This document shows positions 53,411 through 63,579 of a stretch of 64,000 nt of DNA, in pieces. The number at the start of each line of letters is the position of its first letter. Position 1 is the stretch's first letter. The stretch spans positions 421 to 64,420 of the forward strand of contig JASFMV010000001.1 in assembly GCA_050117375.1 (NCBI GenBank), read 5' to 3'. A program made the translations under genes and the position numbers. The DNA comes from Nitrosopumilaceae archaeon (GTDB taxonomy: Archaea > Thermoproteota > Nitrososphaeria > Nitrososphaerales > Nitrosopumilaceae). Under the pieces are notes generated by a model. It made no database searches, was not told the origin of the DNA, and worked only from the letters and a program-made list of their open reading frames with translations.

Positions 53411-54427
53411 ATGGAAATTAAAACTGATGAATTAAAAAATGTATTAAATACTCTGTTTGCTTATGTATCGAAAAAAAATAATATAGTGAGTGATGTGTTT
53501 AGCAAATTTATTTTTGATAATGATAAAATATTTATTGTGAATGAAGAATATGCATTTGAGATCCCGTTTGATATTGATTTATCGGCTGTGCTGGGTGTTG
53601 ATGAAATGATTAAAATCATAAACGGAATATCTGCTGAAAAAATAAATATGAAAATAAAAGATGATTTTTTGTTGATAAAATCCGGCAATACAAAGGCCAA
53701 GATAATTTGCAATGAAGTAAAAGAAGAAAATAAAAAATTTATTGATGTTAATTATAAATGGAAAAAAGTGCCGGATAATTTTAATATGGGAGTTGGTCTG
53801 TGTATTTTTTCTGCTGCAAAAGATGATTATATGTATGTGTATAATAATATACACATACATGATAATATGATTACCAGTACTGATAATTTAAGGATCAGTA
53901 AATTTTTATTGGAAGAAAAAATGGACGAATTTTTGCTTCCGTTAATTTCTGCAAAATTTTTATGTAAACACAAAACAAAAAAATATTTTTTAGAAAAAAA
54001 TATGGTGCACTTTAAAAATGATGACGGAACAATTTTTCATTCAAGAATTGTGTCTGGGGATTTTCCTGATATAAATCAATTTTTTATTTTGGATAAAAAA
54101 AATATTTTTTATACATTTCCTGATGATATTAAAAATACAATTAAACTTGTTTCTACTCTTGCAGAGGGGGAGTTTGATGTAGATAAAAGAATAGAAATAA
54201 AAATACAAAATAATAGTATGAAATGTAAGGCAAAAAATACAAAGGGGTGGATTGAAAGTGATATAAAGCTTGATATTGGAATTGATTTTGAATTTAAAAT
54301 AAACCCGGTATTTTTGTTAGACATTTTAAATTTATCTATGAAGTTTACAATTATTGATGATAGGTTTATATTTATCAGTGATAATTTTTTCCATTCATTT
54401 ATGGTGGATTTGATGGAAGGCAAATAA
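53411..54427 (+). CDS. sliding clamp candidate (DnaN-like)
   Basis: Size (338 aa) and position next to the polymerase, with a clamp loader nearby. No strong motif. Confidence 0.3.
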   Translation: MEIKTDELKNVLNTLFAYVSKKNNIVSDVFSKFIFDNDKIFIVNEEYAFEIPFDIDLSAVLGVDEMIKIINGISAEKINMKIKDDFLLIKSGNTKAKIICNEVKEENKKFIDVNYKWKKVPDNFNMGVGLCIFSAAKDDYMYVYNNIHIHDNMITSTDNLRISKFLLEEKMDEFLLPLISAKFLCKHKTKKYFLEKNMVHFKNDDGTIFHSRIVSGDFPDINQFFILDKKNIFYTFPDDIKNTIKLVSTLAEGEFDVDKRIEIKIQNNSMKCKAKNTKGWIESDIKLDIGIDFEFKINPVFLLDILNLSMKFTIIDDRFIFISDNFFHSFMVDLMEGK

Positions 54428-56971
54428 ATGAATGGATTTTTTTATGATGAAAAAGAAAAAAAGAAAAAGTTTAAAAAGAAAAATAATAAAATAACGGAGT
54501 ATACTTGTAGTAGTTGTGGATTAAATGAACAATGTGAATCTCCAAAAATGAAGCCATCCGGTTCTGGGAAACTGAATATATTAGTAGTTGCTGAAGCTCC
54601 TGGCAAAAAAGAAGACCAAACAGGAACGCAGCTGGTTGGAGAATCCGGGCAGGAGTTAAGAAAGCATTTGAAAAATCTGGGATATTCCCTTGATGAGGAT
54701 TTTTGGAAAACCAATGCAGTTACATGCCGGCCGCCTGGAAACAGGAAACCGACTATTAAAGAAATCAGATGTTGCAATCCAAACTTGATGAAGTTTATAA
54801 AAGAAAAAAAGCCGGACAAAATAATAGCTTTGGGCGGTACGGCCTTTCAATCTCTTACAGGGGAAACCGGAATAGAAAAATGGAATGGATATGCTATACC
54901 TGATCAGAAATTGGGCTGTTGGATATATCCATTAAATCACCCGTCTTTTTTGATCCGCAACAAAAATGATGATCTTTTAAAAAAACAATTTAAAAGCGGA
55001 CTAAAGTTTGCTATAGAAGATGATAGAGAATTTCCTGTATATTCTGATATAGAAGAATTTGTAGAAGTTTTAAACAGTCCGTTTGAGGCAATTATTTTTA
55101 TGCAGGGAATTTTGGATGGAACAATTACTGCAAATGATATCGAAACAACCGGCAAAGCTCCGTACAAAAAAGGACATGAAATAATATGTGTTTCTATTGC
55201 TGTGTCTGTTAACAGGGTTGTTGTTTTTCCATTTTTCAAAGACAAAGAATTTAGAAAGGAATTTAAAAAGTTTTTGAAAAATAAAAAAATAAAAAAAATA
55301 GCGCATAACATGAAGTTTGAAGACAAATGGTATAGGGTTATTTTAAAAACAAAAACAAAGGGCTGGTATTGGGACACAATGATCGGGGCACATATTGCCG
55401 ACAACAGACGAGGAATAACCGGTTTGAAAGATCAGGTATATATCAATTATGGGATAAGGGGATATGATGATGAAATATCGCCTTTTTTTGAATCAGGCGA
55501 TAAATCGTCACATGCTTTTAACCGCATAAAAGAATGTGATTTGAGAAAGTTAATGATATATTGTGGGTTAGATAGTTTGTTTTCTTTGTGTTTATATAAA
55601 GAACAAGAAAAAAATATGAGTGCAATTGATTTTGTATCGTACGATTTACTACATCAGGGAGTTTTGGAATTTTGTGAAATAGAACAAAACGGGATTTGTG
55701 TAAATACTGAATATTATAATAAAGCAGTTAATCACGTAACTAAAAAAATGGACAAAATAGAAAAAGATATAATGAATAGTAAGGAAGTTGGAAAATGGGA
55801 CGGAAGAAAAGAATTTAAATTTACGTCCAATAAAGACCTGCCGCACTTACTATTTGATATTTTAAATATTCAATCGATTATAAAAACAAAAAAAGGGAAT
55901 AAATCTGTATCAGGAGAAGCACTGGAAAAAATAAAATATCCGTTCGTTAAAAAAATAGTTAAGTGGAGAAAATTAAAAAAAATACGGGACACCTATTTAC
56001 AAGGATATATTCGGGAAAATGTAAATGGAAAAATGTATCCGTCATTTCATTTAAATACAACAGTCACCTACCGCCCTAGTTGTTCCAATCCAAATTTTGC
56101 TAACATACCAAAACATGAGGAGCGTGCAAAAAAATATACCCGTAAAGGGATTATTCCAAGTCCGGGAAGGCAGCTAGCTGAGGTTGATTATTCTCAAATT
56201 GAAGTTCGTATTGGTGCCTGTTATCACAAAGATCCGGCCATGATTAAATATATAAAAGACACGTCTACAGACATGCACCGTGATCAGGCAATGGAATTAT
56301 TTTTGTTAAAAGAAAATGAAATAACAAAAGAACATAGACAACTTTCTAAAAATAAATTTGTGTTTCCGCAGTTTTATGGGGACTGGTGGAAGTCGTGCGC
56401 GGAAGCAATCTGGAAAGATTTAGACAATGAAACAAAAATCCATTTGAAAAAAAATGGAGTAAATGGTTTAGGAAGGCTGATTATAAAAAATGGTAAGATC
56501 TTGGATTGTACTGGATTTTATAAACATGTCCAAAAAGTTGAAAAAAAATTATGGAATGAAAAATTTCCTGTTTATAATCAGTGGAGAAATGATAATTGGA
56601 AAGCATATCAAAAAACCGGGACAATAAAAACATTATCTAATTTTGAACTTATAAAAAAAATGGACAGAAAGGACGCCTCTAATTATCCGATCCAGGGGAG
56701 TGCTTTTCATTGTTTATTACTAAGTATGATTTATATAAATAAGTATCTAAGAAAATATAAATTCAAAACGAATATAATAGGACAAATTTATGACAGTATT
56801 GTTTTTGATATGTGTCCTGAAGAAAAAGAAAAATTAAAGCCAGTTATTCGTTATGTGATGACAAAAAAAATTAAAAAAATGTTTCCGTGGATCATTGTCC
56901 CGTTAGAAATAGAAATGGAAGTTTCTGAAATAGACGGGAATTGGTATGAAATGCATGAGGAGAAAATATGA
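54428..56971 (+). CDS. family-4 UDG-like domain fused to family A DNA polymerase with 3'-5' exonuclease
   Basis: The UDG-like domain has VVAEAPGKKEDQTG and LNHPSF. Exo I is NDIETTG. Pol motif A is DYSQIEVRI, motif B is KNKFVFPQFYG, and motif C is QIYDSIVFD. Confidence 0.8.
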   Translation: MNGFFYDEKEKKKKFKKKNNKITEYTCSSCGLNEQCESPKMKPSGSGKLNILVVAEAPGKKEDQTGTQLVGESGQELRKHLKNLGYSLDEDFWKTNAVTCRPPGNRKPTIKEIRCCNPNLMKFIKEKKPDKIIALGGTAFQSLTGETGIEKWNGYAIPDQKLGCWIYPLNHPSFLIRNKNDDLLKKQFKSGLKFAIEDDREFPVYSDIEEFVEVLNSPFEAIIFMQGILDGTITANDIETTGKAPYKKGHEIICVSIAVSVNRVVVFPFFKDKEFRKEFKKFLKNKKIKKIAHNMKFEDKWYRVILKTKTKGWYWDTMIGAHIADNRRGITGLKDQVYINYGIRGYDDEISPFFESGDKSSHAFNRIKECDLRKLMIYCGLDSLFSLCLYKEQEKNMSAIDFVSYDLLHQGVLEFCEIEQNGICVNTEYYNKAVNHVTKKMDKIEKDIMNSKEVGKWDGRKEFKFTSNKDLPHLLFDILNIQSIIKTKKGNKSVSGEALEKIKYPFVKKIVKWRKLKKIRDTYLQGYIRENVNGKMYPSFHLNTTVTYRPSCSNPNFANIPKHEERAKKYTRKGIIPSPGRQLAEVDYSQIEVRIGACYHKDPAMIKYIKDTSTDMHRDQAMELFLLKENEITKEHRQLSKNKFVFPQFYGDWWKSCAEAIWKDLDNETKIHLKKNGVNGLGRLIIKNGKILDCTGFYKHVQKVEKKLWNEKFPVYNQWRNDNWKAYQKTGTIKTLSNFELIKKMDRKDASNYPIQGSAFHCLLLSMIYINKYLRKYKFKTNIIGQIYDSIVFDMCPEEKEKLKPVIRYVMTKKIKKMFPWIIVPLEIEMEVSEIDGNWYEMHEEKI

Positions 56972-57141
56972 GTTATGATAAAATTATTGATGAAATTAGT
57001 AGAGAAATTGATAAAACATACAAACAGCTTTTTATTGATGGGCCTTATATAGAATATGATGGCGGATATTTGCTTGGTTTAATTGCAGCTTTGGAAATAA
57101 TTAAAAAATACAATAATAAGGAGAAACAAAATGGCACTTGA
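56968..57141 (+). CDS. small hypothetical protein (57 aa)
   Basis: ATGA overlap with the polymerase stop. Confidence 0.35.
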   Translation: MSYDKIIDEISREIDKTYKQLFIDGPYIEYDGGYLLGLIAALEIIKKYNNKEKQNGT

Positions 57142-58036
57142 TAAAAAATATCGGCCGGGAAATTGGGATGATTTTTATGGAAATATTCCTACTGTAAAAA
57201 GTTTGAAGGCAGTGATTTCTAAGGATGATCCGCCCCATTCTTATTTTTTTTCCGGTCCGCCTGGTTGCGGTAAAACGACATTGGCAAGGATTTTGACAAA
57301 TGAATTGGAATGCCATGTTAATGATTTAAGAGAAATTAACATGGGAAATAATCGTGGAATAGATACGGCTAGAGAAATAATTAATAATGTATATTTCCAG
57401 CCTATGTATGGAAAAACGAAAGTATATTTGCTGGATGAGGTGCATAAATCCACGTCAGAATTTCAAAATGCAATGTTGAAAATAGTTGAGGAACCGCCGG
57501 AACATGTTTATTTTGTTTTTTGTACCACGGAGCCGGAACGGGTAATAAATACAATTAAGTCCCGGTGTGCTTGTTATTCGGTTTCTTTGCTGCCTGAAAA
57601 AAGAATTAAAAAATTGTTATTTTCTATTTGTGAAAAAGAAAATATTGAATTGAAAGAGGAGTATTTTGATGAAATAGCAAAAGCCAGTGCCGGTTCACCC
57701 CGGCAGGCACTAATAATTTTGGACCAGGTGAAGGGTGTTGAAGAAAAATATATAACTAAGTCTATACAGAAATACAGTGATAGGGATGCCGTTGATGTAA
57801 AAAAATTATGCCGTGCTTTGTTAGAAAGAAGAAACTGGAAAGTAATTTCTAAAATTATTAAGGGGATAGAGGCAGAGCCGGAAACGGTAAGAAGAGCTGT
57901 ATTAGGATATATGGCTGCGGTTGCGTTGAATAATTCTAATTCTCAAGCCTTTATTGTTATAGATAATTTTCAGGATAATTTTTTTGATTCTGGAAAGGCT
58001 GGTTTAGTATTAGCATGTTATTCATCTTTGCTATAA
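57131..58036 (+). CDS. clamp loader AAA+ subunit (DNA pol III gamma/tau-like)
   Basis: FSGPPGCGKTTLARIL, LLDEVHK, and the sensor IKSRC. Confidence 0.75.
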   Translation: MALDKKYRPGNWDDFYGNIPTVKSLKAVISKDDPPHSYFFSGPPGCGKTTLARILTNELECHVNDLREINMGNNRGIDTAREIINNVYFQPMYGKTKVYLLDEVHKSTSEFQNAMLKIVEEPPEHVYFVFCTTEPERVINTIKSRCACYSVSLLPEKRIKKLLFSICEKENIELKEEYFDEIAKASAGSPRQALIILDQVKGVEEKYITKSIQKYSDRDAVDVKKLCRALLERRNWKVISKIIKGIEAEPETVRRAVLGYMAAVALNNSNSQAFIVIDNFQDNFFDSGKAGLVLACYSSLL

Positions 58037-58042
58037 AAAAAG

Positions 58043-58071
58043 TTTCCTTTTTCAATTTAAAAATGTATAAT
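58043..58071 (+). promoter_or_regulatory. promoter class B (TTTCCT-N17-TATAATATAA)
   Basis: The block 58037-58075 is almost identical to 18058-18096. Confidence 0.55.
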
Positions 58072-58095
58072 ATAATTATATAAGGAGAGTTTAAT

Positions 58096-58668
58096 GTGAA
58101 AAAAAGAAAAAATACAAGTCGCTACGATTGTTTAGAAATTGAAAAGCAAGAAAGCGAAGAAAAAGAACAGAAACCTCAAAATGATTATGAAAAAGATTTA
58201 AAAATTAACAAGTATGATCTTGTTAATGAATTTAATAATCATCCGTTTTTGTATATGAAATATGTCAAGCTGGCAACGGAAGCGGATATTGAGGTAAGGA
58301 GGCTTAGAGAAAAAGTTGATTTTATCAAGGCAGAATTATACGTGCGTATTCGGGAAGAACGGGAAATGGCTAAGGAAAAGGTTACAGAGACAATTTTGGA
58401 TAGTCTAATAAAGTTGGATGATAACTATCAAAAAGCATATGAAGACTATTTAGTAGAATTAGAAAACAGCAAAATATTGTCCGGGGCGGTAGAGGCTTTT
58501 TCACAAAGAAAATCCGGGCTGGAAAACACAGTAAAATTATTTTTGAATAATTATTATTCTCATCCTGTTGAGAGTAATGATGAAAATAAAAGATCTCTGG
58601 AACAAGAGGGATTACAAAAACTTTCAAGGAAAAAAAGGAGAAAAACTAATGACAAAAAAGAGAAATAA
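58096..58668 (+). CDS. coiled-coil hypothetical protein
   Basis: GTG start behind AAGGAG. Confidence 0.5.
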   Translation: MKKRKNTSRYDCLEIEKQESEEKEQKPQNDYEKDLKINKYDLVNEFNNHPFLYMKYVKLATEADIEVRRLREKVDFIKAELYVRIREEREMAKEKVTETILDSLIKLDDNYQKAYEDYLVELENSKILSGAVEAFSQRKSGLENTVKLFLNNYYSHPVESNDENKRSLEQEGLQKLSRKKRRKTNDKKEK

Positions 58669-59758
58669 AAAAGGCAAAAAAAAAGGTAGTGTGAGTGATG
58701 CTCTCCGGAAGAGTGTAGACAACAGTGTAGAGGAAAGAAGCTCTGAGGGAACCGGATACGGAATTTTAAATTTTTCCAATTTGGATGTGAGTACTGATGA
58801 ACTGCCTTTTTTTAAACCGAATAAAGGGAAAAACAGAATTGATGTGATCCCGTTTTGGGTAGAAACAGATAAACATCCGTCTGAAAGCGCCCGAAAAAAT
58901 GGGGCAGATTATCGGATAAATGTTCATGTACATAAAGGCCTGGGCCCGGATAGAAACAAAACGTTGATCTGTCTGGAAGAAACGTATGGTAAACCATGTC
59001 CTGTTTGTGAAAAAAGACGAAAATTGCAGGAACAGGGAGCGAGTGCAGATTTAATTAAGATGTTAAAACCACAGTACCGGGTTTTGTACAATGTGATAGA
59101 TTTGGACAATGAGGAAAAAGGGATTCAAATTATGGATGTTGCCTATTACTCATTTGAGAGGAATATTGTGGATGATGTTACTGACGGAAAAAAGGGACGG
59201 ATATATTTTCCTGATCTGGAAAATGGAAGTACAATTATTTTTAAAGCAAAACCCAGTAAATTTCAAGGTCATTCTTTTATGAAAATTCTGGAAGGGAGTT
59301 TTGCTCTGGAAGATCGGGAAGAGGCTTATGAAGAATCTATTGTTGATGAAGCTTTTAAACTGGATGAAATGCTTATTGTTCCCACATATGAAGAAGCTAA
59401 AAAATTGGTTAATATGGTATCAGATGAAGATATGGATGAAGACGAAGATGATGATGATTGGGATGATGATGACGATAACGAAGTAGAGGAAGAAGAAGAC
59501 GATTTTGATGATGACGATGATGATTGGGATGATGATGACGAAGATGATTATGACGATGATGATGATTGGGATGATGATGACGATAACGAAGTAGAGGAAG
59601 AAGAAGACGATTTTGATGATGACGATGATGATGAAATAGAGGAAGAGCCCAAAAAATCGGTTAAACGCAAAAAGTCAACAACTGAAAAAAAGACGAAAAA
59701 ACCGGCAAAAACAAAAAGCATAAAATCTAAAAAGACGAAAACCAGGAATAGAAAATGA
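58649..59758 (+). CDS. gp32-like single-stranded DNA-binding protein with repeated acidic tract and basic tail
   Basis: RIDVIPFW, the zinc motif C...CPVCEKR, and YRVLYNVIDLD...GIQIMDV are arranged like T4 gp32. The acidic D/E/W tract is long. ATG 58649 lies behind AAGGAG. Confidence 0.55.
   Translation: MTKKRNKKGKKKGSVSDALRKSVDNSVEERSSEGTGYGILNFSNLDVSTDELPFFKPNKGKNRIDVIPFWVETDKHPSESARKNGADYRINVHVHKGLGPDRNKTLICLEETYGKPCPVCEKRRKLQEQGASADLIKMLKPQYRVLYNVIDLDNEEKGIQIMDVAYYSFERNIVDDVTDGKKGRIYFPDLENGSTIIFKAKPSKFQGHSFMKILEGSFALEDREEAYEESIVDEAFKLDEMLIVPTYEEAKKLVNMVSDEDMDEDEDDDDWDDDDDNEVEEEEDDFDDDDDDWDDDDEDDYDDDDDWDDDDDNEVEEEEDDFDDDDDDEIEEEPKKSVKRKKSTTEKKTKKPAKTKSIKSKKTKTRNRK
59451..59631 (+). repeat. 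direct repeat, 73 nt x 2 with 108-nt period, inside the acidic tract
   Basis: 59451-59523 is identical by eye to 59559-59631 (ATGATGATTGGGATGATGATGACGATAACGAAGTAGAGG...). Confidence 0.8.
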
Positions 59759-59955
59759 AAAAGGATTTAATAAAACTCAAAGACGCAATGGATATTGTTG
59801 AGCAATATCGACCCCGGCCACGGCGACAGACTATGTATTTTTGGGTTTTGAAGGAAAAAATCGGGGAATTTATTGACGGTCATTATTTTTTTGACCGTCA
59901 AAAACTTATTAAAATGCTTGAGGAAAAATATGGCAGCCAGAAGAAAAATAGTTGA
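59755..59955 (+). CDS. small DNA-binding-like protein
   Basis: 66 aa with an ATGA overlap. Confidence 0.45.
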   Translation: MKKDLIKLKDAMDIVEQYRPRPRRQTMYFWVLKEKIGEFIDGHYFFDRQKLIKMLEEKYGSQKKNS

Positions 59956-60988
59956 AGAAATTGAAGAACGGGTGAAACGTCCCAAGTCAAATGAAAATAA
60001 AAAATTATTATCTACTGGATGTACTATTTTGGATTTGGTTACCGGCAAGTATCCGTATGGCATTATTAATATTGTTGGTGATACTTCTACCGGGAAAACA
60101 TATCTAACATTAGAAACACTGGCCTATCTTATACAAAAAAATAATAAAAAAATAAAATGGTTTTGGGATAAGGCAGAGGGCCGGTTTTCTTGGGACACAC
60201 AAAGTCGGTATGGGTATGAAATTTTAACTGAGGAAATGGAAAACCGAAAATCCAAAACGGTTGAGGACATGGCATTTAATTTACAACATGAACTTAAGTC
60301 TTTAAAAAAAGATACTGTTTTAGTATATGTTGTAGACTCTCTTGATGGCCTGTCCAGTGATGAGGAAATTATCCGGGACGAAAAAAAATATCAGGCAAAA
60401 TCAAAAGGTAAAAAATTAGAAAAAGGAACATATGGAATGGGAAAGGCGCGTGATATGTCCCGGTTTTTTCGATTACGCACAAAAGACATAGAAGATAAAA
60501 AATGTCTTTTAATAATAATATCCCAGGTTAGAGAAAATATTGGGGTTTCGTTCGGGAGAAAATACCGGCGTAACGGCGGAAAGGGACTAGACCATTACGC
60601 TAATAGTATTGTGTGGTTGGCTGTTGCTGAAAGACATAAAAAGAAAGGTCGGGAAATTGGGGCAACAATAAAAATCAAGCCCGATAAAACTAGCAACGGA
60701 ACTCCCGGCCGTGAAGGATTTATTGAGTTAATTTATGATTATGGTGTCGATAATGTTGGTACTAACATAAATTTTCTATATGACCTTAAAACGGATACCG
60801 GAAAAAATATATCTGATATGCATAAAAAATTATTAGACTGGGACGGGAAGGAACTAACCAGAAAAAAACTAATACGTTACATAGAAAAAAATGATTTAGA
60901 AGATGAATTGGAACGGAGGGTGGTTAGTAAGTGGAATGAAATTGAGGATAGTATTTCTAGTAAGGAGAGAAAACCGAAATGGCAATAA
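59930..60988 (+). CDS. RecA-family recombinase (UvsX/RecA-like)
   Basis: Walker A GDTSTGKTYL and Walker B VYVVDSLDGL. The segment LLIIISQVRENIGVSFG...NGGKGLDHYA is RecA-like. Confidence 0.7.
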   Translation: MAARRKIVEEIEERVKRPKSNENKKLLSTGCTILDLVTGKYPYGIINIVGDTSTGKTYLTLETLAYLIQKNNKKIKWFWDKAEGRFSWDTQSRYGYEILTEEMENRKSKTVEDMAFNLQHELKSLKKDTVLVYVVDSLDGLSSDEEIIRDEKKYQAKSKGKKLEKGTYGMGKARDMSRFFRLRTKDIEDKKCLLIIISQVRENIGVSFGRKYRRNGGKGLDHYANSIVWLAVAERHKKKGREIGATIKIKPDKTSNGTPGREGFIELIYDYGVDNVGTNINFLYDLKTDTGKNISDMHKKLLDWDGKELTRKKLIRYIEKNDLEDELERRVVSKWNEIEDSISSKERKPKWQ

Positions 60989-61371
60989 AAACAAGCAGTG
61001 CAAAAGCTAAGGGCCGGAACTTGCAAAAATGGGTATGTAAAAAATTGGCCGACGTGTTTAAACTTTCGCATGGTTATGCGGATACTGCGGACATAAAGCC
61101 CCGGCCAATGGGACAAAGCGGTGTTGATATTATTTTTAATTCGGATCAAGCGCAAGACCTATATCCATATTCCATAGAGTGCAAATCAACAGAGCACTTT
61201 AATTTAAATGAAACATTAAAACAAGCCAAGAAAAATTGTGTTTCGGGAACAGAGTGGTTAATAGTTTTAAAGAAAAAAAGTTTTAAAAATCCGATCGTAA
61301 TTATGGATTTTGATGTTTTTGTTTCTTTAAATATAAGTAGGTTGTTTCGGATGGGTGCTATTGATGATTAA
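60979..61371 (+). CDS. PD-(D/E)XK nuclease candidate (Holliday-junction-resolvase-like)
   Basis: AKGRNLQKWV...GVDIIF...YSIECK fits a D...ExK pattern. Confidence 0.4.
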   Translation: MAIKTSSAKAKGRNLQKWVCKKLADVFKLSHGYADTADIKPRPMGQSGVDIIFNSDQAQDLYPYSIECKSTEHFNLNETLKQAKKNCVSGTEWLIVLKKKSFKNPIVIMDFDVFVSLNISRLFRMGAIDD

Positions 61372-62278
61372 AAAATTAGTTATAAATAATTTTCAAAATT
61401 GGGAAAATGCAAAATTTAATTTTTGTCCCGGTGTTAATATAATTGTGGGCCCGACTGATTCCGGGAAATCTGCTTTTTATAGGATATTAAAATGGATTTT
61501 TCAAAATGTTCCGTCCGGTGACGGCTATGTCCAGCATGGTCAAGATATGTGCAAAGGGATTGTTGTGTTAGATGACAACACAAAAGTAATAAGAAAAAGA
61601 ATAAAAAATAATAATGAGTATAAAATTATAAAAGGAGAAATTAAAAAATCATATAAAGCCTTTGGACAGAAAGTCCCTGAAGATATACAAACAGTAATAA
61701 ATTTAGAAGATATTAATTTTCAGGACCAGAGCGATTCTCATTTTTTGCTTTCTAAAAGTTCCGGCGAAATTTCCAGATATTTCAATAAAGTTGTTGATTT
61801 GGAAAAAATTGATGATGTGATTAAGGGAGCGGAAAAGGAACGGCGCGAAACAGTAACAAAAATAAACTATATTGATAGCGAAATAAAAGAAGAAGAAAAA
61901 GAGTTACTTGAATATGAATGGATAGATGCGGCTGAAAAAGAATTATTGCAGTTAGAAAAATTGGAAAATGCAGTAGACAAAATAAAAGATAAAGTAATTA
62001 AGATTGATGAAATAATATTAGAAAATAAAAAAATAGAAGATTATCAAGTCGAAATAAATTTAAAAAATGCAAATAAAGAATACCGGGAAATTAATGTGAA
62101 ACACGAAGAATTAAAAAGACATAAATCTATCTTGGAAAAATTAAAAAATATAGAAACATCTTTAAATGAATTAAATATCGGGATAGAGCAAACAACCAAA
62201 TTAATATCTAAAAGCCAAAAAAAATATAATGAGGTAATGGGAGACCGTTGTCCCCTTTGTCAGGGAGAGATAAAATGA
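61364..62278 (+). CDS. SbcC/Rad50-like ATPase, N-terminal half ending at a CxxC hook
   Basis: FQNWENAKFNFCPGVNIIVGPTDSGKSA (Walker A), then a coiled coil, ending in GDRCPLCQGEIK-stop. Confidence 0.5.
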   Translation: MIKKLVINNFQNWENAKFNFCPGVNIIVGPTDSGKSAFYRILKWIFQNVPSGDGYVQHGQDMCKGIVVLDDNTKVIRKRIKNNNEYKIIKGEIKKSYKAFGQKVPEDIQTVINLEDINFQDQSDSHFLLSKSSGEISRYFNKVVDLEKIDDVIKGAEKERRETVTKINYIDSEIKEEEKELLEYEWIDAAEKELLQLEKLENAVDKIKDKVIKIDEIILENKKIEDYQVEINLKNANKEYREINVKHEELKRHKSILEKLKNIETSLNELNIGIEQTTKLISKSQKKYNEVMGDRCPLCQGEIK

Positions 62279-62469
62279 TATCTAAAATTTTTATAACAGT
62301 ATATATTATAATAACAATTGGATGGGTTTCTTTTTATTATAATTCAAAAATAAAAGAAATTATATATGATGATAATTTTAAAATTAAAGAAAATAATATC
62401 AATATAGCTACGGCTATTTGGGTGTCTATTGCAATTATTTGTATAATTTTATTATGGAGGAATGTATGA
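62275..62469 (+). CDS. small two-TM membrane protein
   Basis: ATGA overlap and hydrophobic segments. Confidence 0.45.
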   Translation: MISKIFITVYIIITIGWVSFYYNSKIKEIIYDDNFKIKENNINIATAIWVSIAIICIILLWRNV

Positions 62470-62711
62470 AACTTTTAAAAATTAAAATTAGATTGTCTAT
62501 ATATGTATTATTTTTATCTGTATTGATTTTAGCATGGGCGTTTGCTGTCTTGTATCCGTTATTTTTTTGGTATGAAAATCCTCAATGTACCCAGATGCAA
62601 ATTTTAAGAAGATTTTGGAAAACATATTTAGTTTTTCTTTTAAATCTTCCTGTTATTTTTCATATGTTATATGTTTTGCGAAAGTGTAAAGGACAAAAAA
62701 ATGACAAATAA
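62466..62711 (+). CDS. small membrane protein
   Basis: ATGA overlap behind GGAGG, with hydrophobic segments. Confidence 0.45.
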   Translation: MKLLKIKIRLSIYVLFLSVLILAWAFAVLYPLFFWYENPQCTQMQILRRFWKTYLVFLLNLPVIFHMLYVLRKCKGQKNDK

Positions 62712-63576
62712 AGTGGATGCAATTTTTTGTGCTGATTTGCACTTAATGGAACGGGTTCCGCCTTGTCGAACGGACAAAGATTTTATTAAAATACAATTAG
62801 ATAAAATTTATTGGATTCTTACGTGGCAGGATAAATATGAATGCCCGGTGTTTGTTGCCGGGGACATTTTCGACAAATCCCGTTTGTCTAAAGAATCGGA
62901 CATCAGGTGGATAGAAGTTTTCAATACTTCAAATAGGGGATTGTTTGTAATTCCTGGACAACATGATTTGCCGAATCATAATATAGAAAAATTTGGCGAT
63001 TCTTCTTTGGGAGTTGTTGAAAAGTCTGTTGAAGATTTCTTTGTTGATCCTGTTCCGTTCGAAACAATAAGTACTTATTGGAAGATAGGCAACAGAAACA
63101 TTGCAATGATACACAAATTAATTCATAAAAATAATGACAGTAAAATTAAAGCAGACGGAAAAATAATTTCATATAGTGCAAAACGGATACTTAAAGAAAA
63201 CCCGGATTATGATGTAATAGTTTCCGGGGATAATCATAAAACGTTTGTGCAAGAGTGCCAGGGCCGGCTGCTTGTTAATCCGGGTAGTATGTTGCGTTTA
63301 ACTGCGGCACAAATAGATCACCGGCCGTGCGTATTTTTGTATAATGCAGAAAACAATACAGTACGGCCGGAATATTTTCCGATTAAAAAATCGTCCGTTG
63401 TCCGGGACTACATAGATATAGAAAAAGAACATTCTAATGAAATGGACGCATATGTGGACCGGTTAAACGATAATGAAGAAATTGGCTTGAGCTACGATAG
63501 TAATATGAAAAAGTTTTTACAAAAAAATAATATAGAAAAATCGGTTGTTAAAAAAATTTGGTCTTGGATGGAGTAG
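62701..63576 (+). CDS. SbcD/Mre11-like metallophosphoesterase nuclease
   Basis: The calcineurin-like motifs FCADLHL, AGDIFD, PGQHD and SGDNH are present in order. Confidence 0.65.
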   Translation: MTNKVDAIFCADLHLMERVPPCRTDKDFIKIQLDKIYWILTWQDKYECPVFVAGDIFDKSRLSKESDIRWIEVFNTSNRGLFVIPGQHDLPNHNIEKFGDSSLGVVEKSVEDFFVDPVPFETISTYWKIGNRNIAMIHKLIHKNNDSKIKADGKIISYSAKRILKENPDYDVIVSGDNHKTFVQECQGRLLVNPGSMLRLTAAQIDHRPCVFLYNAENNTVRPEYFPIKKSSVVRDYIDIEKEHSNEMDAYVDRLNDNEEIGLSYDSNMKKFLQKNNIEKSVVKKIWSWME

Positions 63577-63579
63577 GTT

